IMG/VR virus record: IMGVR_UViG_3300009545_000018
Span: 383,764 to 447,763 of that record
Direction: 5' to 3' (one strand)
Length of the DNA stretch: 64,000 bases
Shown in pieces: positions 22,637 through 33,488 of the stretch. The notes under the pieces were generated by a model that made no database searches, was not told where the DNA came from, and worked only from the letters and a program-made list of their open reading frames with translations. The stretch's first letter is position 1. Every line of letters starts with the position of its first letter. Both the position numbers and the translations under genes were made by a program.

Positions 22637-23113
22637 ATGGAAACCACAAACAAATTTCAAGCTCACGGGAATATAAAAGTAATTAATGGATCTATTTTAA
22701 ATCCACATAATGCCGGATTAAGATTTGTATTATCTTTCAATAATCTAGCTGGCAAGCCTGAAGGAAACCCACTCTTACCTGTTTTTGATAAAAAATGGAA
22801 AAAAGTTAGAGAAGAAAGTCGTGGCTGGTTTACCAATAAAACTGGCGCTTATAAGTTAGGCGCTATTAATACTACAGCTGTACAGTCAGACGTTTGGGTA
22901 GTTCATTTGCTTTGTCAAGATGATGCGCTTAAAGTAGATTTAAGGGGATTAAAAAACGCCTTAAAAGCCACAGCTAAATTAGCTAAATATGAAAAAGCTA
23001 CAATTCATGTTTCTGATATTTTAATTAAAACTGTTCCAGAATTATCTCAATTATTAGAAAGTACTGTTATATCAAATGGTATTTCTGTATCTTTTTATCA
23101 AGAGCCAGTGTAA
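22637..23113 (+). CDS. Divergent macro-domain-like protein
   Basis: IKVINGSI, KKW..VRE...W, YKLGAI...V...VWVVHLLCQ pattern of Poa1p/TARG-like macrodomains; Gly-rich loop not evident. Confidence 0.5.
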   Translation: METTNKFQAHGNIKVINGSILNPHNAGLRFVLSFNNLAGKPEGNPLLPVFDKKWKKVREESRGWFTNKTGAYKLGAINTTAVQSDVWVVHLLCQDDALKVDLRGLKNALKATAKLAKYEKATIHVSDILIKTVPELSQLLESTVISNGISVSFYQEPV

Positions 23114-23130
23114 TAATCTAGTATTATTGA

Positions 23131-23514
23131 ATGGCAAGACTGAAAGCTGGAGATCGTGTAAGCTGTAAGTTGAAAGAATCTAAAATCACAAGTCCATATG
23201 CTGACTTTGATGATATTAAAACATTTGAAATTATAGGTATTGATGAACATCTAAATGGATATTATTTATATATTCCATCTTATATTTTTGTTAAAGACTG
23301 TTTAAAAGTTGATAATTATAATTATAAAAAATTTAATGTAGCCGCCAAATATATTGGTGATGACTATGTTTTTATCGAAGAAAAATTAGTACATCAGGTT
23401 GTTTTTATTCTCGAAGGTACCTGTTGTTTCCGTTGCAAAGAATTTTTTGATTATGTACAAAACACTGATGAAAAGTGGCTTTGTTATTCTTGCAATAAAG
23501 ACCCTTATAGATAA
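23131..23514 (+). CDS. Hypothetical protein with C-terminal Zn finger
   Basis: CxxC...CxxC at C-terminus. Confidence 0.65.
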   Translation: MARLKAGDRVSCKLKESKITSPYADFDDIKTFEIIGIDEHLNGYYLYIPSYIFVKDCLKVDNYNYKKFNVAAKYIGDDYVFIEEKLVHQVVFILEGTCCFRCKEFFDYVQNTDEKWLCYSCNKDPYR

Positions 23515-23531
23515 TAATTTGTCATAATTAC

Positions 23532-24209
23532 ATGGCATACTCTAACGATATGGATTTGCAAGGTTTGTTGCATGAAATGGTTGATCTTATTAAAGGAAAT
23601 AAGAGTCAATCAGTTACATCAATAAATCCAGCTTCTCCAGTTATTGGATTTCAATCACCTATTAAAGGTAACTATTATAATTCTGGTAATTTTTCACCAA
23701 ATACAGCCACTGATGCTAGACATGCGGGCGGGCACCAAGGCATAGATTTGAGAGCTAGTGGTGGTACACCAATTTATTCTATTGGACCAGGCATCGTTAC
23801 ATCTGTTGGTACCGACCCCAAAGGTGGTAATGTTATAAATATTTCTCATCCCCAGGGCATCAAATCATACTATGCTCACTTAGGAACGGTTAAAGTTCAT
23901 AAAGGAGATAGAGTTGGGATGGATACTCAAATTGCTACTATTGGAAATTCTGGAAATGCTAAAGGCACTTTTCCTCATTTACATATTCAAGTGTGGAAAG
24001 ACGGTCAATTAATTGACCCTGGCACATTATTTCATGTTCCAAAGTATTCTAAAGTTGATTCAACTAAAGAAAAAGTATGGTTATCGGATCAAGCAAAAAT
24101 ACAAGCTGCTAATTTTGATATGAAATCTCATAAAGAACAAAAGCTTGCATATCATCAACATGGTGAACTGATGGCTCTAGCTGATATGTTTGAAAATTTA
24201 ACTAAATAA
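23532..24209 (+). CDS. M23 family peptidoglycan endopeptidase
   Basis: HxGID, YAHL, GNSGN, PHLH. Confidence 0.9.
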   Translation: MAYSNDMDLQGLLHEMVDLIKGNKSQSVTSINPASPVIGFQSPIKGNYYNSGNFSPNTATDARHAGGHQGIDLRASGGTPIYSIGPGIVTSVGTDPKGGNVINISHPQGIKSYYAHLGTVKVHKGDRVGMDTQIATIGNSGNAKGTFPHLHIQVWKDGQLIDPGTLFHVPKYSKVDSTKEKVWLSDQAKIQAANFDMKSHKEQKLAYHQHGELMALADMFENLTK

Positions 24210-24525
24210 AAGATAATAATTTTATTTTTCTTTTAAATTCTTCAGTATTTTTACATTCTATCTTCTTGCCTTCATACCAGTATTCATAAATACTATTTTG
24301 TCTATTAAGATAGAATTCATCAATGACAGCTGGACCATCTATTCTGTGTCTTTTGCCATTTGAATAAAATTCAACTCTACCACTATTCCAAATAACTGCA
24401 GGAGCATCATCTCTATGAATTTTACCTTTATATAAATAAATGTATTTAAAGTCTAAATCTTCTCTTGAAGTATACCACCATTTCTTTATAATACTAAAAA
24501 GAGTATAAATTTTCATAGTTACCAA
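24202..24525 (-). CDS. HRxDGPAV-repeat protein with shared C-terminal tail (KLLSFI)
   Basis: HRDDAPAV and HRIDGPAV repeats. Confidence 0.75.
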   Translation of the reverse strand: MVTMKIYTLFSIIKKWWYTSREDLDFKYIYLYKGKIHRDDAPAVIWNSGRVEFYSNGKRHRIDGPAVIDEFYLNRQNSIYEYWYEGKKIECKNTEEFKRKIKLLSFI

Positions 24526-24806
24526 AATGCTTTTAATTTTAAAAGTTTTTCAAACTCTTCTTGAGAAGAACAATTTAATTTATTTCCTTCAATCCACCAT
24601 TCTTTTTTATAACTATAACTAACGGCAGGACCAACCAAACTATGTTTGTAAGAGTCCTTAATGCCATTCTCATATGTTATGATTTTTGCACAAATAAAAT
24701 CACCATTTGAATACTCAAACTTTTGAGTATCATCGTCATAATTAATTAGTACAAATCCATTACCATTTGGATTAGTATAATCTCTTACATCAGAAATCTG
24801 TTTCAT
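24519..24806 (-). CDS. HRxDGPAV-type protein with shared tail (KLKAFW)
   Basis: HSLVGPAV, KEWWIEG, EEFEKLLKLKAFW. Confidence 0.75.
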   Translation of the reverse strand: MKQISDVRDYTNPNGNGFVLINYDDDTQKFEYSNGDFICAKIITYENGIKDSYKHSLVGPAVSYSYKKEWWIEGNKLNCSSQEEFEKLLKLKAFW

Positions 24807-24809
24807 TTA

Positions 24810-25277
24810 TTATATTCTTTTATATATACAATATTTTAATGTAGGAGCATCATAAAGATATTCCCAAGAATCTAACTTAAAAACTGTTGGATCTATCCAT
24901 GGAAACTTGACTGAATTAGAATTTTTTTCTTCATCTGGAGTAATAGTTAAATGAATCTCTTGTGCATATTTCATGCCTTCTTGATATATCTGAGCTCCAC
25001 CAATTAACCAAATTTCTGCACTATGATTTAAATTATCTAATGCTGTAAATAAAGATGGATATACTTCTATATTTTCAATAGGTGTCGAACTAACAACTAT
25101 ATTTCTTCTTTTAGGCAGAGGCTTTCCTATACTCTCAAAAGTTTTTCTACCCATAACTACTATAGAATTAATAGTAAGACTTTTAAAAAGTTTCATGTCA
25201 GCAGGATAATTGAAGGGAATTTTACCATCCACACCAATTACTCCATTACTAGTTACAGCAGCAATCATTTTAATCAT
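24810..25277 (-). CDS. folA: Dihydrofolate reductase
   Basis: IAAVxxNGVIG, DMKLFK, MGRKTFESIGKPLPKRRNIV, IGGAQIY. Confidence 0.95.
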   Translation of the reverse strand: MIKMIAAVTSNGVIGVDGKIPFNYPADMKLFKSLTINSIVVMGRKTFESIGKPLPKRRNIVVSSTPIENIEVYPSLFTALDNLNHSAEIWLIGGAQIYQEGMKYAQEIHLTITPDEEKNSNSVKFPWIDPTVFKLDSWEYLYDAPTLKYCIYKRI

Positions 25278-25283
25278 ATTAGC

Positions 25284-25613
25284 TCACATAAATATTAAAA
25301 GTTTTCTATATTTTTCTACTTTTTCTTGAAATTCATCCCACCATTCAGGGCATTCACTTCTACATTTTACAGTATAGTTTTTTAAATTTAAAACAAGGTT
25401 ATTATAAATAATTACTTCAGGATTTATATTATGTCTTGCTTTATTGGCGGATTCACTTAAAAAGAAATATTTAAATAACAGTTCAACAAAGTTTTGAACT
25501 GTGCCTTTACATATAATTATTTTATCTTTATAAACATTCACTTCAGCAGATTCATCAGAAGAAAGTATAGTAAGATATTCATTATGTGCTGAATATAATA
25601 TAACTGACTTCAT
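25284..25613 (-). CDS. Small protein with shared tail (KLLIFM)
   Basis: ORF inserted between thyA and folA. Confidence 0.65.
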   Translation of the reverse strand: MKSVILYSAHNEYLTILSSDESAEVNVYKDKIIICKGTVQNFVELLFKYFFLSESANKARHNINPEVIIYNNLVLNLKNYTVKCRSECPEWWDEFQEKVEKYRKLLIFM

Positions 25614-26515
25614 ATTGCCATAACTGCTTTAATGGCTGGATGGCTTATATATCCGTTTATTTTAAAATCTTCAAAAGACAATAATTCAATATCTGCTACT
25701 GAATTTAAATCTTTATTAATTTCTAACATAGGAAACGCATAAGGCTCCCTAGATATTTGTTCATTTACTTGTTCTTGATGGTTTAAATAAATATGAGTAT
25801 CACCGCCACTAAATATTAATTCTTTAGATATTAAGCCTACTGTTTTGGCTATAATATGATTCATTATAGCATAGCTCATAATATTAAATGGTAAACCTAA
25901 AAAGGTATCAACTGAACGCATATAAAAATGAGATGATAGTTGTCCATTATCTACATAGTATTGAGCGAGGATATGACATGGCGGAAGTGCCATTTGTTCT
26001 AATTGGTTTGGATTCCAAGCAGAGATAATGTGACGCCGTCCGTTTGGATCTTTTTTAAGACCATCTATTAGATTAGCTAATTGATCAGTTCCATCAAAAG
26101 ACACAGCTGTGTAATGTTTGTTGCCTTCAAAACATACTTTGTGGGCGCCTCCATCAAAATTACGCCATTGATATCCATAACCTTTACCCATATCACCTTC
26201 TGGTAAGTGAGTTAGCCCACGCTTATCTAAAAATTCTCTGGTAGTATTACCTTTCCAAATATTAACTCCCTTAGCCTCTAATTGCTTGGTGTCTGTATCG
26301 CCCCGTAAGAAAAATAATAGTTCCTCAATAACTCCCTTAGAAAACATTTTCTTGGTAGTTAACATTGGAATTTTATTATTTTTTAAAGAGAAGCGCAATT
26401 GAGTTCCAAAGATAGAACGAGTTCCAATGCCCGTTCTATCTTTTCTCTCAGAACCATTCTCAACAATATTTTTTAATAATTTTAAATATTCTTTTTCTTC
26501 AAAGCAATCTTGCAT
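25610..26515 (-). CDS. thyA: Thymidylate synthase
   Basis: DRTGIGT, EELLFFL, YGYQWR, MALPPCH, RSVDxFLGLPFN, GDTHIY. Confidence 0.97.
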   Translation of the reverse strand: MQDCFEEKEYLKLLKNIVENGSERKDRTGIGTRSIFGTQLRFSLKNNKIPMLTTKKMFSKGVIEELLFFLRGDTDTKQLEAKGVNIWKGNTTREFLDKRGLTHLPEGDMGKGYGYQWRNFDGGAHKVCFEGNKHYTAVSFDGTDQLANLIDGLKKDPNGRRHIISAWNPNQLEQMALPPCHILAQYYVDNGQLSSHFYMRSVDTFLGLPFNIMSYAIMNHIIAKTVGLISKELIFSGGDTHIYLNHQEQVNEQISREPYAFPMLEINKDLNSVADIELLSFEDFKINGYISHPAIKAVMAI

Positions 26516-26905
26516 TATCTTTCTCTTTCTTTACTCAAAGAATCTGAATAAACAGAAGCAAAGGAAATTAAAGCCGTAGCAAAAGCACAAATAATTAATG
26601 TTACAATCCAATCAGCCCCAAATGATCTAGCGGCACCTGCAACTATTACATTAATACCAGCATGATATGCAAAAATTATTAAAAATAATATTAAGTATTT
26701 AGTTAACTTACTCTTTATCATTATTTTTACCGAAAAAATACAAAAAATCTTTGTAAACAAAAACACTAGTTCCTAGTGCAATCATAAAACAAACCAAAAC
26801 CATAATTGGAATTTTAACTACTATTCCCCAGACAAAACCAGCTACTAGGGCAAGAAAAGTGATAAGTGTCAATATAGCTAATACTACTCTAAAATATGTA
26901 TTCAT
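26515..26905 (-). CDS. Two small membrane proteins (26515-26766 and 26708-26905)
   Basis: Each has two hydrophobic helices. Confidence 0.55.
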
Positions 26906-26914
26906 TTTTATACC

Positions 26915-27940
26915 TCATAATTTAACATCGTGTGGAAGAGATTCTCTCAAACCAGCATTCGTAATTCTAACAAACTGTGGATCTTCTTTTAATTGTGTCA
27001 AGTTGGAAGATCCTTGATAAGAGCATCCGGAACGAACACCCTCTAACAACTTATTTAAAACATCTTTAAATTTACCCTTACAATCAACAAAAGCCGCCAC
27101 CCCCTCTATATGGTTGGCTTTGTGAGTTGAGCTTCCCACATATTGTTTGTGTGGAGTTCCATTAACCAATATAATTTCTCCTGGAGTTTCTTCACAGCCT
27201 GCAAAAAGATTCCCAGACATTACCATATCTGCAAAACATAATGCTTTGGTGAGATCTCCGGAATTTTTAATTCCACCATCAGCAATAAAAGGAAAATCTC
27301 TATTTAATCCAGCAGCCCTAGCACGAACAATCATTTGTTTTTTAACTTCAGCCACTTCCATAATAGCTGTTAATTGAGGCACACCATTACCTGTTTCAAT
27401 TCTTGTAGTACAAAGTGAACCTGGACCCACCCCAATTTTTATTACATCAGCTCCAGCTTCCCATAAATTTCTAGCCCCAGAACCAGTAGCAACATTTCCT
27501 GCAATTACAATAGTATCGGAATATTTATTTTTAATCCAAGAAATCATTTCCACACAATGAGAAGAATCTCCATGAGCAATATCAATGCAAATGATCTTAA
27601 CTCCAACCTCACTAAACATATCAACAATCTCTCTGTCATTACTTTTAACGCCAACCGAAACTCCGATATATTGCGGTCCATAACGATGGATTAAATCTTT
27701 TGTTATTCTTATTTGATCTTCTAACGGCATGAATCTATGAAGAATGGCTAATCCTTTAGTTTCAGCAATTTGTGCTGCCATTTCCATTCCAGTGATGGTT
27801 TTCATATTAGCTGGAATAATTGGATGTTCGTAAGTATAATTACCAATTTTAACTGATATGTCTACCTGTGAACGACTTTTTAATGTTGAATGTTTAGGGA
27901 CCATTAAAACATCATCAAATACAAGACCGTCTTTAATCAT
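26915..27940 (-). CDS. IMP dehydrogenase / GMP reductase family protein without CBS domains
   Basis: [36 protein letters not shown]; start chosen at MIKDGL after GGAGAG. Confidence 0.9.
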   Translation of the reverse strand: MIKDGLVFDDVLMVPKHSTLKSRSQVDISVKIGNYTYEHPIIPANMKTITGMEMAAQIAETKGLAILHRFMPLEDQIRITKDLIHRYGPQYIGVSVGVKSNDREIVDMFSEVGVKIICIDIAHGDSSHCVEMISWIKNKYSDTIVIAGNVATGSGARNLWEAGADVIKIGVGPGSLCTTRIETGNGVPQLTAIMEVAEVKKQMIVRARAAGLNRDFPFIADGGIKNSGDLTKALCFADMVMSGNLFAGCEETPGEIILVNGTPHKQYVGSSTHKANHIEGVAAFVDCKGKFKDVLNKLLEGVRSGCSYQGSSNLTQLKEDPQFVRITNAGLRESLPHDVKL

Positions 27941-28092
27941 TAAACTCTCCGAATTGTGACACCAGGAAAGATATATCATCATCTTATTTTTGCAATAGAT
28001 TCAATATATTATAAAATATCTAACTATAATTTAAAATAATTAATTAACAAAAATTAATTATATGGCTTTCATTGCATTTTTATGAGGTTATT

Positions 28093-28422
28093 ATGATAAA
28101 AGGAACCATTATATTATTATCTTTATTTGCTCTGCATGATTGTACTCCAACAATTGGATCAGATCCTGTACCGCCTAAACCAACTCCAATTCCTACAGAT
28201 ACCGGAATGTGTCAATCAGCAGAAGATCATTTAACACAAATGTGTAAATCTGACCCACAAACAAATTCATATTGTTGTGCAGTAGTTGCTCCAACTAAAA
28301 AGGGTAAATCTTTTAGTCAATTTTGTCAAGATAAACAAAATGATGGCGTATCATTAAATCCAAAATGTTTATCTGAAGTTAAATCTTGTGGGGAAATAGA
28401 TTCTTGTACTGGATCAAAGTGA
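28093..28422 (+). CDS. Cys-rich secreted/lipoprotein-like protein
   Basis: GAGG SD before ATG 28093; hydrophobic signal followed by Cys; 8 Cys. Confidence 0.55.
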   Translation: MIKGTIILLSLFALHDCTPTIGSDPVPPKPTPIPTDTGMCQSAEDHLTQMCKSDPQTNSYCCAVVAPTKKGKSFSQFCQDKQNDGVSLNPKCLSEVKSCGEIDSCTGSK

Positions 28423-28429
28423 GGATAAC

Positions 28430-29251
28430 ATGATGAAATTAAATGGCTGCATATTTGTAAAAGACCACACTAACCCACATCACCCTCTAGCTGTTCAAAG
28501 AGATGCTAAAATAGAGACTTTTGTACCCAGTGATACTTTAAAGAAATTAGGGGCAAGTAATACATCAGATTTATATATGATTCCCGAGTATACTCCAATT
28601 AGTGATCAAGGACCCCTTAGCTCTTGTGTTGCCAATGCTACCGCAGATGCTTTTGAAATTATCAAAGGTTTAGAAAATCCAAATAAAGTAAAACAATTAA
28701 GCAGATTGTTTATCTATTGGAATGCTCGCTTATATAGCAAAGATACAGATAAAGATGAAGGCACATACGTTATGTATGCCATGGATTCTTTATCTCAATA
28801 TGGTGTTTGCGAAGAAACAACTTGGGGATATGATCCTAACAAAGTATTTGCTCAACCTAATATTGTGTCTTATAAAGAAGCAGATGATAATACATTAAAG
28901 ATCGATAATTATTATAAAATAAGAACCTTAGATCAATACAGATTAAATGATATTGAAACTGCTTTACGAGCAAATCATCCAGTTATTTTTGGAACTAAAG
29001 TAAATCAAGATTTTGCTAACTTTGGTGGCGGCGACGATGCTTTTCCTGAACCTACCAATTATGTAGGTGGGCACGCAATGGTTATCGTAGGAGTTAGAAC
29101 CAAGAACAATAATAAAGAGTTTTGTATTAGAAATTCTTGGAGCAGTAGCTGGGGAAATAGTGGTCATGCATGGTTAAGTAGCAATTATATTACTTCTAAT
29201 TATACAGATGACCTTTATGTTCCTACAATAATGCCAGATTTGTTAAAGTGA
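28430..29251 (+). CDS. Papain-like C1 cysteine protease
   Basis: DQGxxSSCVANA, SRLFIY, GGHAM, IRNSW. Confidence 0.9.
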   Translation: MMKLNGCIFVKDHTNPHHPLAVQRDAKIETFVPSDTLKKLGASNTSDLYMIPEYTPISDQGPLSSCVANATADAFEIIKGLENPNKVKQLSRLFIYWNARLYSKDTDKDEGTYVMYAMDSLSQYGVCEETTWGYDPNKVFAQPNIVSYKEADDNTLKIDNYYKIRTLDQYRLNDIETALRANHPVIFGTKVNQDFANFGGGDDAFPEPTNYVGGHAMVIVGVRTKNNNKEFCIRNSWSSSWGNSGHAWLSSNYITSNYTDDLYVPTIMPDLLK

Positions 29252-29258
29252 GATAATT

Positions 29259-30017
29259 ATGGGTCACTTAATACCAGATAGAGATATCAACTGTGTTGGC
29301 GGTAAACAATTTATCACTGATAACATTAATGATAATGGACAAAATAGAGAAGATAATATTATAAAAGAGGCATTGAAAGGAAATATACCTTCCTTTTTAA
29401 GAAATTTTGTTAGCATATCTATTGTTGAAAATACTGATAATATAACTTATTTGGTTATGCCTGATGTCTTTTCTATTGGTAGTGATGATGATTTTGTTAG
29501 AATGCCAATGAACCCATTAACTGCTAAAAAAATATGTGATAAATATAATTGTATTTTGCCAACTAAGAAAATGTGTGATCAGATTTGGAAGGCAGCCACT
29601 ATTAAAATAGAGCCACAACCAAAAGGTCCACCTTATGATATGAGTATGTTAGCCAGCCAAACTTATTTAGATCATAATAATAAAATTGAAAAACAATTAA
29701 TTGGCAAACCACGTGGCGAATTAGTATCTGGACATAAAAAAGACGTTATCTTTGATAAAATTTTATTGACAAAAAAAGATAATGTTGTTATTTATGGATG
29801 GTTTCATCTTAATGGAACCCCCATTCAAGGACCATTACCTAATAGTTCGAGTCATAATGTACACTACCGCGACTATTCTCATGGAATAAGATTAATTGCT
29901 CAAGATGTAATTGTTAATGGTCAGGTTAAAAATATTTATGATGTGCTAAATGATCCTAGTTTATGTCATTTAATCAGTCATGAAGGCTCTTATGATGCGA
30001 AAGGGTTTTATCAATAA
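29259..30017 (+). CDS. Hypothetical protein, possibly a cell-wall enzyme
   Basis: GHKKDV, IYGW, HxxxYxDYSHG conserved-looking motifs. Confidence 0.6.
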   Translation: MGHLIPDRDINCVGGKQFITDNINDNGQNREDNIIKEALKGNIPSFLRNFVSISIVENTDNITYLVMPDVFSIGSDDDFVRMPMNPLTAKKICDKYNCILPTKKMCDQIWKAATIKIEPQPKGPPYDMSMLASQTYLDHNNKIEKQLIGKPRGELVSGHKKDVIFDKILLTKKDNVVIYGWFHLNGTPIQGPLPNSSSHNVHYRDYSHGIRLIAQDVIVNGQVKNIYDVLNDPSLCHLISHEGSYDAKGFYQ

Positions 30018-30409
30018 TGTCTAATGAAAATGTTATTATGGGTAATCCTTATTTACCATCGGATAACCAAATTGGTCCTGGACCTAATGGTGCTCCTAAA
30101 GGTCCACCAGCAGGATTTAAGCCTTTAACAGCCCCTTCAGCTGAAGTTGCAAGAATAGCCAAATCATTATTAGGAAATGATTTTGGAACGCTTATCCCTT
30201 TTAGCATAGAAGGTATTAAGTATATGGCTAGGTTAGAGCCACACTATCATCCACCAGGATTTAAAGGTGGACCAAATGGATGGCATAAGGGAGTTACTGT
30301 TTATCAGATCAATGATTCTATAAAAGAACCAAATAATAAAAAAGTTGATCGTCAAAAGCTTTACGATAGAATTGATGCTTTTTTAAATGAATTTGGTGAT
30401 TTTACGTAA
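30017..30409 (+). CDS. Hypothetical protein
   Basis: EPHYH...GWHKGVTVY. Confidence 0.6.
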   Translation: MSNENVIMGNPYLPSDNQIGPGPNGAPKGPPAGFKPLTAPSAEVARIAKSLLGNDFGTLIPFSIEGIKYMARLEPHYHPPGFKGGPNGWHKGVTVYQINDSIKEPNNKKVDRQKLYDRIDAFLNEFGDFT

Positions 30410-30988
30410 ACACTAGTAGTTTGGCGTATTTTTTAATTATCCTTCCCATATCTGATACATTAAAATCAGGAACTTTAATATAGTTATTTGAGCTATCTAA
30501 CGTAGAAAATATACAAGAATTCGATGAAGTCTTCATTAAGCAAAATTTTTGGTTTTTAGAATACAAATAAAGAGTATGTTCTTGGGAAGATTTAAATCTC
30601 TCAATAACAAAACAATGATGCTTATCCTTACATATAAATCCCTCAAAATACTTTATAGTAAGTTCATTATTACAATATGGGCAATTCATGTAAATGCTAA
30701 AAGCTTTAAATATTTTTCCATATTTCTTTTGCATATTAAAAACGAATCACTAACCTCAAATTTTTCTAATTTCATTTCCAAGATGGGTAGATTTTTCTCC
30801 CATATAGTAAAATAATTATAACGCCCACTAGTTTCTACAGAAAATTCTAAATTTTTACAAAATAAACTTAATACATAATCATTTTTTTTAGCATATAGAA
30901 AATTATGATTGCTATTTTTACATTCAAGACATTCTATGTTGCTATACATCACTGGTTTCATTTCCGATCCACATACCACACAAATCAC
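30402..30988 (-). CDS. Two Zn-ribbon proteins with shared tail (30686-30988 KLLAFT; 30402-~30689 KLLVFT)
   Basis: MICVVC and MNCPYC N-termini; ATGA overlap; same family as the 40-49 kb array. Confidence 0.75.
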
Positions 30989-30990
30989 TA

Positions 30991-31215
30991 TTAATTGCCT
31001 TTTATTCTATAAACAATACGACCCATAGTCATATCATACTCAGAAACCTCAATTTTAACAGAGTCTCCTACTAAAATTCTAACTGAATTTTGTCTTATTT
31101 TACCAGATAAGGTACAAAGCACAATATTATTATCTCCAACATCTACTTTGAATCTGCCTTTATTTGAATCAACAACAACACCTTCAAGCTCAAGACGTTC
31201 TCTTTCAATATTCAT
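30991..31215 (-). CDS. infA: Translation initiation factor IF-1
   Basis: LEGVV, FKV, LSGKIR..VRILVGDxVKIEVSxYDxTxGRIVYR. Confidence 0.92.
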   Translation of the reverse strand: MNIERERLELEGVVVDSNKGRFKVDVGDNNIVLCTLSGKIRQNSVRILVGDSVKIEVSEYDMTMGRIVYRIKGN

Positions 31216-31835
31216 ATTACTTCCTTATATGTTTGTTTTTTAATAATTCTTCTAATAACTTCCGTCCGTTTAATCTTAAATTTCATAGCCAATTCTTTAT
31301 AAGATAATCCTAGATTAAAGTCAATTCTTATTTGTCTTATTTCATCATTTGATAATAGCGCCCGTGGATTATCCTCTCCTTGATGTGATAATTTTGCGAT
31401 ATTAGACATTTTAATTTTCGCTTCATCTGAGTGATTTTTTCCAAACATTACATTTCCGCTGCCTGATCTCTGTTCTGACATTTTTATTTTTGCTTCAGGT
31501 GTATGTGTTTTTCCATACATTGGATTTTTATTTCCACTTAATGCTCCTCTACCACCAAAATCTTCATTATATCCTTCAATTTTCGAACGGAAAAATTCTA
31601 TCCAAAACATTTCAGCTTCAATCATATCATTTTCTTCAGAAAATGACTCTATTACCATAAATTTGAAATTTTCAATACCATACTTATTTATAGCGGCATG
31701 AATACTACTATAATTTTTAGATTTTGTATTTTTAACAATTGACCTATGATCACTCCATCGTCTGGCGGAGTCATTAGTTCTTCCTACATATAATTTATAA
31801 TTAATTAAATTTTGAATGATATATACATAAAACAT
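31212..31835 (-). CDS. GIY-YIG homing endonuclease with NUMOD3 repeats (free-standing)
   Basis: YVY..Q...YVGRT, AIxKYG..NF, GYN, NPMYGKTHT repeats. Confidence 0.88.
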   Translation of the reverse strand: MFYVYIIQNLINYKLYVGRTNDSARRWSDHRSIVKNTKSKNYSSIHAAINKYGIENFKFMVIESFSEENDMIEAEMFWIEFFRSKIEGYNEDFGGRGALSGNKNPMYGKTHTPEAKIKMSEQRSGSGNVMFGKNHSDEAKIKMSNIAKLSHQGEDNPRALLSNDEIRQIRIDFNLGLSYKELAMKFKIKRTEVIRRIIKKQTYKEVI

Positions 31836-32492
31836 TTATTTAAAAACACTTGATAAATTAGGATAATCCTTTTTTATCAGATCAATACAAGTTTGGTTTG
31901 GTGGTAGTAATGTTAGCCATTGGCTGGCTCGAAGACAAGGGAATGGTATATTTTTTAAATTGTCTAAACTTAAAAAATATTTAATGTCTGTTTTTGCTGC
32001 TATAAACTTTAAATTATTAATACCTAAATGAAGAGTAGAAATTTGATTCCATTCTCCGTCAAAAAAATAAGTTCTAAAATAATTATCTATTCCTAATAAA
32101 CAAATATAATTTCTCTCTTCCAAAGTATCATCATCAAATCCGGCACACAAATAGGCTAATTTACTTATCTTTATCATATTTGATAAAGATAAACCATAGT
32201 ATAAGTCTGTACAATTAATCTTATCTCTATCCAAAGATAGATCATTATAAATGATTTTGATTTTTTTATTCTTTGTAATAATGAATGAATTACCAAATTC
32301 ATCTATCCAATGTCTTTTTAAAACTATTTTTGGATTCCGGTCTTTTAGATAATCAATAGGTACTAATCTACAAGATTTAATAATAAATGACAAACCTTTA
32401 CATTCTGTATAAGATTCAGCGAGTAGTATTTGTTTTTGTATATTATGGTGAATTGATTCCAGACTTAAGCTTTTCATTAAATTTATCTTCAT
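31836..32492 (-). CDS. Hypothetical protein
   Basis: 218 aa ORF in operon context. Confidence 0.6.
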   Translation of the reverse strand: MKINLMKSLSLESIHHNIQKQILLAESYTECKGLSFIIKSCRLVPIDYLKDRNPKIVLKRHWIDEFGNSFIITKNKKIKIIYNDLSLDRDKINCTDLYYGLSLSNMIKISKLAYLCAGFDDDTLEERNYICLLGIDNYFRTYFFDGEWNQISTLHLGINNLKFIAAKTDIKYFLSLDNLKNIPFPCLRASQWLTLLPPNQTCIDLIKKDYPNLSSVFK

Positions 32493-32826
32493 TTACTAAA
32501 TAGTAAACTAGGAATGCTAAAAAGTGTGCCCAACCAAAAGATAATAAAATTGAAAACACTACCCTTCTAGTTATGGTAAAATATGGAGATGAAGATAAAC
32601 CAGCTGTTATAAACCATACCACTATAGCAACTAATAATCCTATTATAAAAAATCCAAAAGGATTTATAAAAGTTGCCTTCATTATAATAAATAATATTAT
32701 TGCGCCCAGCAAAAAATATGGTAAATTATGAATTGATAATTTATTACCAATTACTTGGTTTCCTTGAATGATAGTGTTTACTAAAATTAATGAACTTATG
32801 ACGTGTAATAATAGAAGATAGTGCAT
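32443..32826 (-). CDS. Membrane protein
   Basis: About four hydrophobic segments. Confidence 0.6.
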   Translation of the reverse strand: MHYLLLLHVISSLILVNTIIQGNQVIGNKLSIHNLPYFLLGAIILFIIMKATFINPFGFFIIGLLVAIVVWFITAGLSSSPYFTITRRVVFSILLSFGWAHFLAFLVYYLVNEDKFNEKLKSGINSP

Positions 32827-32827
32827 G

Positions 32828-33466
32828 TTACTCTAATAAAGAAAGATCTAAACCTTCTTCATCAGTTGAAGAGTCTAAGTTAATTGTATGAATTGCTGTT
32901 TTAATAAATGGTAAGTAATCTACCTTTTTATTTTCAACTAAATCTTTGTGTAATAGATATGTATTCCTACTGTCCACTTTTGCGTTATGGGCGTCCGAAA
33001 ACTTTTTTATCCCCGCAATTTCACAACTTGCATGTAAATTTACTTTGGGTTTAACTAAACCAATTTTTTTAGCATATTCTCTAGTCAAAGACATAGTGTC
33101 TAACCAAAGATCTGCTGGAAATCTTTTTCCCATTTGTTCCCATAAAGCATGAAGGAATTTTCTGTCGAATGGCGCATTATGAGCTATAATAATGCGATGC
33201 GCCGAAGTCAAGCCATCTTCATTAAAAAATTTTTCACATTCTTCTACTACTTCTCCTTTTGTATGTCCCTTTTCTAAATCAGCTAATGTTTTCTTCGTTA
33301 TGGCTAAAGCATCAAAATTGGCTCGTTCAGGATATTCTGCTTTAATCTGTCTCCATAATTGTACACGATCAGTACATCTAATAATACCAATTTCAGTCAT
33401 TTCGTGATAACCAGATTTTAGCCCTGTTGTTTCCGTATCGATCACATAATATTGTAAATTACTCAT
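32828..33466 (-). CDS. DEDDh 3'-5' exonuclease (second paralogue)
   Basis: DTETTG, AHNAPFD, HNAKVD. Confidence 0.9.
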   Translation of the reverse strand: MSNLQYYVIDTETTGLKSGYHEMTEIGIIRCTDRVQLWRQIKAEYPERANFDALAITKKTLADLEKGHTKGEVVEECEKFFNEDGLTSAHRIIIAHNAPFDRKFLHALWEQMGKRFPADLWLDTMSLTREYAKKIGLVKPKVNLHASCEIAGIKKFSDAHNAKVDSRNTYLLHKDLVENKKVDYLPFIKTAIHTINLDSSTDEEGLDLSLLE

Positions 33467-33488
33467 ATTTAATTCCTTATTACTTTTT

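Noticed and set aside
31212-31835. Group I intron around the GIY-YIG gene
   Set aside because: The ORF abuts both neighbours with no room for intron core structure, and infA is intact.
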